Below are positions 20,112-32,039 of a stretch of 64,000 bases of DNA, in pieces. The position numbers and the translations under genes were made by a program. The DNA is taken from positions 1,116,001 to 1,180,000 of the forward strand of contig JABVCE010000004.1 of assembly GCA_014905635.1 (NCBI GenBank), given 5' to 3'. Positions within the stretch are counted from its first letter, which is position 1, and each line of letters starts with the position of its first letter. The notes below the pieces were generated by a model. That model was not told the origin of the DNA, did no database searches, and saw nothing but the letters and a program-made list of their open reading frames with translations. Source of the stretch: Scenedesmus sp. PABB004 (lineage: Eukaryota).

Positions 20112-23100
20112 ATGATGGCGGCGACGCCCACGGTCAAGGTGCGACCACCGTCGCGATGGCGCCTGCCGCCCGGCCGCCGCCACGGCTGATCGGGCGCGCG
20201 CTGCCGCCGCTGCCGCCGCGCGCCGCAGGAGCTGGTGCTCCTGGGCGGGGGCCACAGCCACGTGGAGGTGCTGCGCAGCTGGGGCATGCGCCCGGTAGCG
20301 GGCGTGCGGCTGACGCTCGTCACGCGCGACGTGCACACGCCGTACTCGTGAGCCGCAGCAGCGCGCGCGTCGCGGCCCGCCGCCCGCGCGCGCCGACCCG
20401 CGGCCGCGCCGCCACCCGCAGGGGCATGCTGCCGGGCTACGTGTCTGGCTTTTACGGCTACGACGACGTGCACATCGACCTGGGCCGCCTCGCCACGTTT
20501 GCGCGCGCGCGGCTCGTGCACGCCGAGGCCTGCGGCATCGACACCGCGGTGCGCGCACCCCCGCCGCCATGCTTGACGCCGCCGCGCGCGGCGCCGCGCG
20601 GCGCGCGCGGCCGCTGCCGACGCGCCGCCGCCGACGCGCGGCCGCCGCCGCCGCCGCCGCCGACGCGCCGCCGCGGCAGGCGCGGCGCGTGCTGTTTGCG
20701 GGGCGCCCGCCGGTCGCGTACGACGCGCTGTCGGTCGACGTCGGCATCACGCCCGCGGCGAGCGGCGTGCCGGGTGCGGCGGAGCACACGACGCCGGTGA
20801 AGCCGATCGACACGTTTGTCGCGCGCTTCGACGCGCTGCTCGCGCGCGCGGCACGCGCGGCGCGGCCGCTCGCGCTCGCGGTCGTCGGCGGCGGCGCGGG
20901 CGGCGTGGAGCTCGCGCTCGCGCTCGCATACCGGCTGCGCCGCGAGCGCGAGGCCGCGGCGGCGGCCGGCGCGGGAGGCGGCGTGGCGCCGGGGCAGGAC
21001 GCCGTCGCGTGAGCGCCCTCATGCGCGCGCGCGAGCCAGCGAGGCACTGCTGGCGCCACACTGCCCGCCGCCCACGGGTGCCCCGGCTTGCCCCGACCCA
21101 ACACCTTCGCTGCGCCCCCGCCCCGCCAGGCTGTACTGCCGCGGCGCGCTGCTGGCCGGCCACCCGGCCGCCGCGGCCGCGGCGCTGCGGCGCAGGTGCG
21201 CCGCCGCGGGCGTGTCGCTGGCGGAGGGCAGCGGCGTGGCGTGCGTCGAGGCGGGGCGCCTGCGCACCGAGGACGGCGCGTGGCACGCCTTTGATGAGGC
21301 GCTCTGGTGCACGCAGGCCGCCGCGGCGGGCTGGCTCAAGGCCACCGGCCTGCCCACGGGTGCGCGTGGGTGCTGCGCGGCGGCCGCGCCCCTCTCGAGC
21401 GCGGCGGGCCAGCGGCCGGCGCCGCTCGCTCACCGCCGCCGCGCGCCGCCGCTGCACGCCGCCCCGCCAGACCCCTCCGGCTTCCTGCTGATCAGCGACA
21501 CGCTGCAGAGCGCGGGCGGGCCGCCCGAGGTGTTTGCCGCCGGCGACGTCGCGACGAGCGTGACCCACCCGCGCCCCAAGGCCGGCGTGTACGCCGTGCG
21601 CCAGGGCCCGCCGCTCGCGGCAAACCTGCGCCGCTTCCTCACGGGCGAGCCGCTGCAGCGCTTTGTGCCGCAGCGCCAGGCGCTGGCAATCATCAGCGCC
21701 GGGGACCGGTGCGCGCGCCACGGGCGGGCGGGCGCGCCGCCGCGCGCGTGCCCCGTCGCGCGCCCCGCGCGCTCCCCTCCGCCCACAAGACGCCGCCGCC
21801 GCCGCCGCGCGCCAGGTACGCGGTGGCGACGCGGGGCTGGCTGATGCTGGAGGGCGGCTGGCTGTGGGGCGCCAAGGACTCTATTGATCGGGCCTTCATG
21901 GCAAGGTATGGAGCGGAGCTGCCGCTCGAACAGATGATGATGGCCCGCGCCGGCCAGGGCGGCCAGGGTGGCCAGGGCGGCCAGGGCGGCCAGGGCGGCC
22001 AGAACAGCGGCGGCGGCGGCAGCTGGTGGTGGCCGCGCGCGTGGTGGGGCGGCAGCGGCGGCGCGGCCGCGGCGCCGCCGCCGGGCGCGTTTGCGGCGGC
22101 TGGGCCCGAGGCGCTGGAGCTGCTCGCCGCAGCGTCGATGCGCTGCGGCGGCTGCGGGTCCAAGGTCGGCGCGAGCACGCTCGCGCGCGTGCTGCGCCGC
22201 GTGCGCGCCGCGCAGGAGCAGCGCGGGGGCCTGCGGACGCTGCTGCCGCCGGCGCCCGGTGCGGCCGCCGGTGCGGCCGCCGCCGCCGCCGCCGACGACG
22301 CGGGCGCGGAGGCGTGGCCCGACGCACGCGGGCTCGGCCTGGGCGGCGACGACGCGGCGGTGCTGCCGCCGCCGCCGCCGGGGCACCTGCTCGTGTCGAC
22401 GATTGACTTTTTCAGGGCCTTCAGCGCCGCGCCGGACGCCTTCACGCTGGGGGCAGTCGCAGCCAACCACGCGCTCGGGGTGCGTGGGGCGTGGCAGGCC
22501 CGTGCCTCTCACGCGCGCGCGGCGCCCTCGCGTGCGCGTGAGCGCGCGCGCCGTGATGCCCTGCGCCCGCCCCCAATGCTGCGCAGGACTGCTACGCCAT
22601 GGGCGCGACGCCGACGTCGGCGCTCGCGCTCGCCGTCGTGCCGCACGGCAGCGCGGCGTTCCAGGAGGCGGAGCTCGGCGACCTGCTGTCGGGCGCGCTC
22701 GAGGTGCTGGGCGCCGCCGGCTGCGAGCTCGCAGGCGGGCACAGCAGCGAGGGCGCCGAGCTCGCGGCGGGTGCGGCCGCCGCACGCGCCCCGGGCGCCG
22801 CGCCGCGCGCCGAGCACGCCCCCGCCGCGCCGCGCCGCGCCGCCGCGCGCGCGCACCCCCAAGGCCCCGCCGTCCCCGCCCCGCCCTCCTGCTCCTCGCC
22901 CTCCAGGCTTCAGCGTCGTCGGCCACGTCCACCCCTCCCGCCTCATGGCCAAGGGCGGGCTGCGCCCCGGCCAGGCGCTCGTGCTGACCAAGGCCCTCGG
23001 CACGGGCTGCATCCTCGCCGCGGCGATGCGTGGCGCCGCGCGCGCGCGCTGGGCCGCGGGCTGCGTCGCGGCGATGACCACAAGCAGCGCCCCCGCGGCG

Positions 23101-23553
23101 GCCGCGCTGCAGGCGCACGGCTGCCGCGCCGCGACCGACGTCACCGGCTTCGGCCTGCTCGGGCACGCCGTGGAGATGGCGCGCGCGTCGCGCGTGTCGC
23201 TGGAGCTGTCGCTCGGCGCGGTGCCGGCGCTGCCGGGGGCGCTCGAGGTCATCGCCGCGGGGGCGCTGAGCTCGCTGCAGCCCAGCAACGTGCGCGCCGT
23301 GGCGGCGGTGGTCAACGGCTACGCCGGCCACGCCTCGGACCCCCGCGCCGCGCTGCTGAGCGACCCGCAGACCGCCGGCGGGCTGCTCGCGGGCGTGCCG
23401 GCGGAGAGCGCCGACGCGTGCGTGGCCGCGCTGCGCGCGGCGGGCTGCGCCGACGCGTGCGTGGTCGGCCGCGTCGTCGGCGCGCTGGTGGACGTCGACG
23501 GCGACGGTGGCGAGGGCGGCGGCGAGCCGCCGCTGGTGCGCCTCGTCGCGTGA
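20112..23553 (+). CDS. selD: Selenide,water dikinase (SelD-like) fused to an N-terminal FAD-dependent pyridine nucleotide-disulfide oxidoreductase (NADH-dehydrogenase-like) domain
   Basis: [55 protein letters not shown]; then [60 protein letters not shown]. Multiple introns. Confidence 0.9.
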
Positions 23554-23775
23554 GCGGGCGCAGGTGATCACTCAAGAACTCTTACTGCGGTGCGCCGCGC
23601 TGGGGCACGGCGCGTGTGTCAGTGCTGCCCCCGGCTCGCGGCACGAGACCGCCGCCCGCACCAGCACCACCGCCGATCAATCCCCGCCCCCGTTCCGCAC
23701 GCTGCGCCTGCTGCTCGCCAGACCCCAGTCCAATCGTGCGCCCGCCACGTGGTGGGCGCGCGACGCTGAGTGCAC

Positions 23776-26700
23776 TCAGCGCGCGCCCGCCGCGCCCGCC
23801 GCCGCCGCCGCCGCCTCCGCGGACGTCGCCGCCGCGACGACGCCCGCGGGCAGCGGCGCAGACGTGACCGTCCCCGGCCCGACCGCAAGCAGCAAGGCCG
23901 GCAGCGGCCCGCTCGGCGCGCGGCTCTCGCCGGGCGTCGCGAGCGCGCTCGGGGCGTGGCTGTTGGCGGCGCTCAGCGGCGCCGCGAGCGCGACCTGGAG
24001 CTGGTAGTCCGTGGGCTTCTGCTTGCCGCGGGCAAAGCCCCCGACCAGCGAGTGCAGCCGCGCGAGCGGCACGCCGGGCGGGTCGGTCAGCGCGACGCGC
24101 GGCTGCGTCGGCAGCGTGTGGTCGGGCCGCTCCAGCGCGGTGGGGTCGTAGTGCGCGCCGTTGCTGAACTGGACCTCAACCAGGAAGCGCTCCGGGCTGT
24201 CCACGGGGACCTGGCGGGCGGCGCGGCCGGGCGGGCGCGTGGGCGCGCGGCGCGGGCGTGGTGGGCGCGTGCGCGGCCGCGCCGCGCGCCGCCGTGCCGC
24301 GCGCATCCCGTGCCGCGAACATGGCGGGTCGGCCCGCCGGACCTGCTTGTTTTCGTACATACGGAAGACGATGTGTGTCAGGTAGTCAAACTCATCGGTC
24401 GCCTGCGAGCGGGCCAGGCGGCGGAGCAGGGGCGGGCGCAGGTGGAGCAGGGACTGGGGGCCAGCTTGGCGCGGCGCGGGCGGGGGCGAGCTGAGCCCCC
24501 GGCGGCAGCGCCCGGCGGCGGGCCCCGCCGCGCGGCACGCACGTCAAGCAGCGCCTGGCCCTCCGCGTTGACGAGCGGCGGCGCGTGACCGCCAGCGCCG
24601 CCGGCGGGGGGCGCCGAGTCGCAGCCGCCGCTCGTCGCGCTCGCAGCGCCCGGCGCGCCGCCGGCCGGCGCACCGCCGGCCGCGGCGCCGCCGCCGCCGT
24701 CGGCCGCGCTCGCCGCCGCCGCCGCGGCGGACGCGAACGCGCTGCTGCCGCCGCCGCCGCCGGCGCCCGCGGCGGGCGCGCCCTCTGCGGCCGCCGGCGC
24801 CGGCGCGTCGCCGGGCGGCGCGTGGCCGTTGCCGCACGCGGAGGCGCCGCCGCCGCCGCCGCCTGCGCCGCCGCCGCCGCCGGCCGCGAGGTGGCAGTAG
24901 CGGAGCACGTTTATGAGCGAGTGGACGTGGCTCTCACTCGTGAAGTAGATGCGCGTGCGCACGTGGCGCAGCGGGCTGTTTACGTCGCTCGCGTACGTCG
25001 GGCAGAGCCGGTGCAGCGTCTCGGTCTCGTCGCCCTCGCCCTCCTGGCTGGGGCCGAGGCTGCCCACGCCCGTGCACACCTCGACCGGCCCGCCGCCGCC
25101 GCCGCCGCCCGCCTCGAGCAGTGCGGCCGCGGCGCGCGCCGACGCGCTGCCCGGGTCGCTGCCGCCGGCGCTGCTGGCCGCGGCGGCGGCGGCGGTGCCG
25201 CAGCTCGCGGAGCGCATGACCCCCGGCGGCGGGCGCACGGGGCGCATGCGCTCGTCGGCGAGTGACATCTCCCCAAACTCCGCGTCAAAGCTCTCGCCCC
25301 GCCCGTCCAGCAGCCTCGCGTGCGACGTCGCGCGGCCGCGGCCGCCGCCGCGCTCCGCCGCGGCCGCGCGCGCGGCGGCGGTGTCGGCCTCGATCGCGGC
25401 GGTGATGACGCTCTCCGCCTGCAGTGGCGCGGGCGGCACGGTGGCGGCGGTGCAGGCGAGGGCGGCGCGGCGGGCGCGGCCGCGCGCCGCGCGGGAGAGA
25501 GGGAGGCCCCCGCGCGGCGCCGCGCGGGCGCGCGTCGGGCCCTGAGCCGGGGCTGGTCGGCCGCCCGCACCTTCATGGAGTCGAGGTCGCAGAGCAGCTT
25601 GCCCAGCAGCTCGGCGCAGATCTTGCTGCCGATCAGCAGCTTGCCCGGCCCGTCCAGGCCTGCGACGCGCGCGGCGGCGGCGGCGGCAGCGGCGGCGGCG
25701 GCTGCTCGGCGCCGACCGCCGGCCGCGCCCGGGCGCGGCGGCGGCGGCGGCGCGCCTCACCGTACTCGTGCGGGACCACCACCGCCGCGAGGCGGCGCGA
25801 CACGGCGTAGAGCTCCTGCGGCGGCCGGCGGCGCCGGGCGCCGGACGTCGGCGGCCCTATGCACGGCTCCGCCCCCTCCGCCCATCGTGCAGCCCGCGCG
25901 GCGCGCAGCCCGCGCCCCGCGCCGCGCCCGCGCGCACGTGTAGCGTGGAGAGGCCGAGGTGGCTGCTGTGGATGGCGTCGTACTTGGCGGCGTCGTAGAT
26001 GTCCGGCACCTTGCTGCAGTCAAACTGCGCCTTCTTCTCGTTGTAAAAGCTCTTGAGCAGCTTGCGCCACCTGGGCGGGGCGCGTGCGCGTGTGTGTTCA
26101 AGGGCAGGGCGGCGTGGCGCGCGTGTGGAAAGAGGGCGCCGCGCCGGAGCGGGCGCAGCGCTCCAGGGGCCTGGGCGCGGCAGGCGGCGCACCGGTCAAA
26201 CATGAGCAGCAGGCGCTCGCCGCTGCACGGCCGCGCGCCGTCGAGGCGCCAGTCGTCGGGCGACGTTGTGAGGCTGCTGTAGCCGCCGCCGCCGCCGCCG
26301 CCCTCGCCGCCGCGCTCCTCGAGGCACTTCTCCCGCAGCTCGTCCACCAGCACCTGCACCGCGGCGCGCGGCGCGCGCGCGCGCGTGGGTGGGCGCCGCA
26401 CGGCGCTCGGCGCCAGCGCGGCGCGGCGCGGCGCGGCGCGGCCAGGCGAGCAGCCTCCAGCAACAGTCGCACCTTCATGAGGTCCACCAGGCGGTACAGC
26501 AGGCCCAGCGGGCGCTCAGGCATGGCCCGGATGCCCCCAGCGCCGCCGCGCGCGCGTCGGCCGCGCGCTGGCGCCAGCTGAGGCTGCCGTTCAGGCTGCC
26601 GGCCCGTGACAGCGACGTGGACGGCTGCGCCGCCGCACCGCCGCCGGCGTTGGCGCCCGCGGCGTTGGCGGCCGCGACCGCGCGCAGGTCGGGGCCGCTG

Positions 26701-29700
26701 CCGCTCGCCGGCAGGCCGGCGAGGCTGCTCTTGAGCGCCGCCGCGACGGCGGCGGGCGTGGCGGGCTCGCTGCCGGGCGCCGAGCCGGGCGTCGACGGGC
26801 GGGGGCGCCCGCCTCCTGCGGTCACGCGGGCGGGCGGGCGAGCGGCCGGGGCGGGGCGCCGTCACGAGCGCGCGCAGGGGGCGCGGGCGGCGCGCGACAC
26901 GGCACGCCACGCGCACGCGCGCGCGCTGGTCGGCGGGCCTCAGGTTAGCATGACCAGTGTTCGTCACGGCGGGGCCCCCGAGGGGGCCCCGTGGTTCAGC
27001 GGTGTAATGAGAAGGTTGTGGTCTGTCATCACCGGCCGCCGGCGCGCACGGGCAGACGCACGTGCATGCGCCATGCGCACGCACGCGCGCGCACGCGCAA
27101 CAAGCACACGGCTGCACGCTGCGGCGCGGCCCCAGGCGCGCGCGCACCCTGCTGCTCGGCGCCGCGCGGCGAGCCCGGCGGCGAGCCGTTGGCGGGCGTG
27201 CTGAGCGGCAGCGCGAGCTTGCTGCACATGCTGGCCGCCTTGTCGGCGTCCCTGCGAGCCGGCCGCGCGCGCGTGTGAGAAAGGCCGCGCCCTGGACCCT
27301 GGGCAGGCGCGCGCGGAGGAGGGCAAGCCCGCTCGGCGCTGCTGACTGAAAAACCCCTAGTCACAGTGGGCCCCCTCACCAGGTGAGGTGCTGATAGAGC
27401 GTGTTCTTGGCGGACAGTATGTCGTCGCTCGCGCCCTGCCGCGGCGCCGGGCGGGGCGCGGCCGCGGCGGCGGTGGGGCGCGCCCCGCGTGGGCCACGCC
27501 GGCCCTCGCCGCAGCGCGCGCCGCGCCGCGCCGCGCCACACCAAGCCGCGCGCCGCGCCGCGCCGCACCTTGCCGAACGCGTCGAGCATGCTGGCGTTCT
27601 TGGTGACCAGGCTGACCAGGATGGGCGTGAGGCTGCTGCCCTCCAGGTCCAGCAGGCCCTGGATGAACGCGGCCGCCGACATCTGCCGCGCGGGCGCAGC
27701 GCAGGGCGCGCACGGCGGCGGCGCGGCGGCGCGGCGGTCGGGGGAGCCCTGGCCTGACCGGACGGCGCGCCGCGGCGCGCGCCGCCGCCGGCCCCCGCCC
27801 CGCCCGCGCGCCCCGGCGACGCCGCCTCCTCGGCGCGGCCGCCGCGTGGGGCAGTCGGAGCAAGGAGGCGGCGGCGCTGGGGCGCGCGGGCGGGGCGGGG
27901 CACGCTGCCCCGCGCCGCGCCGCGCCGCGCCGCGCCGCGCCGCGCCGGTGGGGGCCTGCCGCGCCGGCTGAGCGCGTGCGCGCGCGGCCGCGTGCCGCCG
28001 TTGCCGCCGCTGTCCCGTCCTGCCCCCGTCCTGCCCCTCCCCCCCCCTCCCCGCCCCGCCCCGCGCGCCTGCACGCGGCCCTCGTCGCTGCTGTAGATCT
28101 TCATGTCGTGCCGGTACGTCGAGTGGAGGCGCAGGAAGCCGCCGCCAGCGGGGCCGTACCTGCGCGCGCGCGGCGGGCGGGCGGCGGGGCGGTCGGGCGG
28201 CGGGGCGGCGGCGTGCGCGGCGGACGGCGGCGTGCGCGGCGGGGCGGCGGCGGGCCCGGCGGGCGCGGCGCGGCGTAGGGCCTGACGGCGCCGCCCCTGC
28301 TGCTGCCTGCCGGCGCCGCTGCGCGGCCGCCGCGCCGCACCGCGGGTACATGCAGGTGCGGAAGATCTTGCCCAGCTCCTCAGCCTGGCGCGGTTGTCAC
28401 GCACGCGTGAGAGCGGCGGCGGGAGAAGCCCAGCCCCCTGCCACCGCGCGCTGCACGCGCAGTCCCCCGGCGCGGCGCGCCCCCGTGCGGCGCGCCGCGC
28501 CGCACCTGGGCACGGCCCGCGTGGGTGAGCACGCCGCCGTATTTGAGGATGAGCAGCAGCTCGGTCACCTCCGGGCCCTCCTCACCGCCGCCCGGCGCCG
28601 GTGGCGCCGCAGGTGCCGCGGGGGGCTTGCCCCCGCCGGGCTCGCGCGGCGCGCCGCCGCCGCTGCTCACCCGCGCGTCGGCCGCGCCCGGCGCGAGCGG
28701 CGGCCGGCCGCCGCCCGCGCCGCCGCCCGGCGCAGCGCCGCCCTTGCTGCCGTCGCCGGTGGGCGGCGCGGGCTGCTCCGCGGGCGCGCGGCGGCCCCAC
28801 TTGGTGGGCTTGAGCTGGACCTTGCGGTTGATGCCGCTGAATTGCCCGCCCTGGCCGCAGTGCAGGCGCACACGCACACGCGCACGCGCGGCAGCGGCGG
28901 CGGCGGCGTCGGCGGCGTCGGCGGCGGTGTGGGCACGGGGACGGCGGGCGGGGCGGGCACGAGCGCGGGGCGCCAGCACACAACGCCCGGCCGCCCACCT
29001 GCTCCAGCACAGTGCGCACGATGCGCAGCTTCTCACGCTGCTCCTCGTGCTGCGTGGCAGGGAGGGCGGGGGAGGGAGACAGCGGGCGCGCACCGCGACA
29101 GCAGAGGCCGGCCCGAGGCGGTCAGCAGCGGCGGCGGCGGCGCCGCGCGCGCGCGCGCGGGGCACGCAGTGCGGCCGCGGCGCCGCCCCCTCACCAGCTC
29201 CTGCTCGCGCTCCTCCTCGCTGCCGCCGGGCGCCGCGGCGCCGGCGCGCGCAGCCGCGGCCGCCGCGGTGCTGCGGGCCTCCATGCCAGCGAGCAGCGTG
29301 CGCACAACGTCCAGCAGCTCCTGCACGGCGGCGGCGCAGCACGCAGCCCGCGCGGCAGCGGTGGGCAGGGCGCGCCGCGCCGCGCGCCGCGCGCCGCGCC
29401 GCGTGCCCTTGCGCGCCTGCAGCTGGCCGGGGCTCTTGAGCTTGGCCTGCTTGCCCTTGGAGTCCTTGTACTTGTCAAACAGCTCCAGCAGCGCCGGCTG
29501 GGGCGACGGCGCGGCGGCGGGGCAACGCACGTCGGCGCGGCGCGGCGCGGCCCGGCGCGCGCAGGCCCGCCCCGCCGCCCGCTGCCTGCCCCCATCCATC
29601 CACCAGTCCAACAGGAAGAGCCGCCGCCGCCCCCGCCGCCGCTGCCGCAGGCACAAGCGCGCCTGCGTGACCGTGACCTTCATCTTCTGCTTGGGCGTGC

Positions 29701-32006
29701 GGTCGCCGTGCCGCACGACCGCGAGCACGCAGCGCAGCTCCAGCCAGCGGCTGCCGTCGCCGCCCGCGCTGCCCGCGTCGTCGCCGCCCTCGTCGTCGTA
29801 GCCGCCGTCCAGGACCGCCAGGTCCTGTGGCCGCGGCGCCACGCGCGCCGCGGCGCGGCGGGCGGGCTCGGGTCAGCGCCACGGCCAGCGCCGCCGAACG
29901 GGGGCGGGGCCAGGGCCGGCCGCGCGGGGGCGGCGTGCGGGCACACTCACCTGCAGGGACGAGACCTCATGCATGCTGTGCGATCCGTCGTCGTCGTCGC
30001 CGCCGCCGCGGCGCGGGCTGAGCGGCAGGTCATCGTCGAACGAGCCGGAGCTGGGGTGCGCCGCCGCGCCCGACGAGCCTGCGCCGGCCGGGCGTGGGCG
30101 CGCGCGGCACGGGACCGCGGGGGCGGGGAGGGCCAGGCGCGGCGTCCAGGCGTGCCCGCGGCGCCGCGGTGGCGGCGCGCGCACCCGCCTCCTCCAGCAG
30201 GCCGGTCAGCGGCGCGGGCGTGTTGGGCGCGACGGCGAGGCGGTGCGGCGCGAGCTGGCTGAGGATGATGCTCCGCAGGATGCCTGGCGACGACGCGCGC
30301 GGGCGAGTGCGGTGCGTGACGCGCGGCGCGCAGCGCGGGCGCGAGTGCGCCGTCGGGCGCGCGGCGCGGGTGGCTCCGGCGCCGCGCCGTGCGCCGAGCG
30401 GCGGCCGCGCCGTTGCGCGCGGCGCGGCGCGCCGCGCGGCGTGGCGGCGTGCACCCGCTGCGTCGTCGTAGTACTTGCGGCTGTTCTTCACAAACGACCA
30501 GCCGTTGACGTCGCACACGTAGCTGCGCCCCGTCTCGCTGCGCAGCAGGTCAAAGCCGCACACGCGCTGCCCGAAGGCAAGGCACACCTGCGCGCGGCGG
30601 GCGCGGGGCGCGCCGCACGGCGGCGGCGGCGCGGCGACGGCTCGTGGAGGGGCGGGGCACGCGTGCAGGGGGGCGCGCAGCGCGCCGCGCGTGACCCGCA
30701 CGCGTGCGCCGCACCATGCGCGCGATCTCCTTCTCCTGGGGCGACAGCAGGACGGGGAAGCGCACCTCCTTGCCTGCGGCGCGCGGCGCACGGGGCGCGG
30801 CGCGCGGCACGAGCTCAGCGCGGGCTCAGGCCGCCGACGGTCGCGGCGCGGGCTCAGCGGCGCGGCGGCCCGCCGCCCGGCCCGCACCGTCTGGCGTGCG
30901 GTTGACCTTGCCGTCCACCACGGGGCTCTTGCGCGCCTCCGCGTGCGCGTAGCGCGGGCCCACGGTGTAGACCTGCGCGGCGCGGCAGAGCACGGCGCGC
31001 GCCGCGGCCGCCGGCTCAGGCGGCGCGCGCTGCCGCCGCCGCGGCGCGCGGCGCGCGCGCGCGTCCCTCCCAAGCCACCCCAAACAAAGCCACGACGCCC
31101 CGGGCTCGACTAGCTAGCTAGCCAGCTAGCTCAATAACAATAACAGCAAGTGGCGCGCGCGCGTGCGGGAGGCGCGCCTTGACGTCGGTGCCGCCCGTGG
31201 TGAGGAACTCCTCGTAGATGTACGACCCGTCCCGGCGCACGGTGCCGGGGTGGTGGGGGTCGTAGTCGCCGCTCTTGTTGTCCACCTGGGCAGGGGGCAG
31301 GGGGCAGGGGGGGGGGGGGCAATGGACGTGGGGCGAGGGGCAAAACTCGCCCCGGCGTGGAGGGTTTTGAGGGAGAGACTGGGCCGCAGCGCCGGCGCCG
31401 CCCGCACCTTGCGGAAGAGGCGCTTCACGCCGCCGCCCTGCGGCGCGCGGCGGCGGTGGTGGGCGCGGGCGCGCGGTGAGGGCCTGGCCCCGTTTGCACA
31501 CACGCAGACGCCCACACACACCCGCACACACATTCACACATTCAACACACACTTCAACACACATTCAACACACATTCAACACACATTCAAGCACCCGCCC
31601 GCCCCGCCCACCATGGAGAAGGGGTAGTAGATGTGCACCCGGTGGTCCTCCCCGCTCGCGGGCTTTTCGACAAACGGCTTGTCGATGCTGCGCGGGGGCG
31701 CGGCGCGGGTCAAGGCCTCTCCGAGCCGCTGCCGGAGCTGCTCCGTAAACGACACAATGCGACGCAATGCGACGCAGCGCAGCGCAGCGCAGCGCAGCGC
31801 AGCGCAGCGCAGGTCAACGCACCGCACGCCATCCAGCTCCACATAGTCCTCGCCCTCCACAAAGCCGGGCGGGTCGGGCAGCGCCGGGCCGGGCGCGTCG
31901 CCGCCGCCGCCGCCCGGGCCGCCGCCGCTGGGCCGGGGGCCGCGCGAGAGCGACGACGCGAGCGAGCCCGCGCCGCTCAGCGCGCCGCTGCCGCCTGCGC
32001 GCGGTG

Positions 32007-32039
<33 letters not shown>

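Noticed and set aside
22138..22170. Possible selenocysteine (UGA) in the SelD active-site motif
   Set aside because: Codons are TGC (Cys). No in-frame TGA or convincing SECIS was seen.
27251..27380. Possible H/ACA snoRNA in the neighbouring VIP1 intron (TGACT..AGTCA hairpin, ACA near the 3' end)
   Set aside because: No ANANNA H box and no convincing two-hairpin structure.
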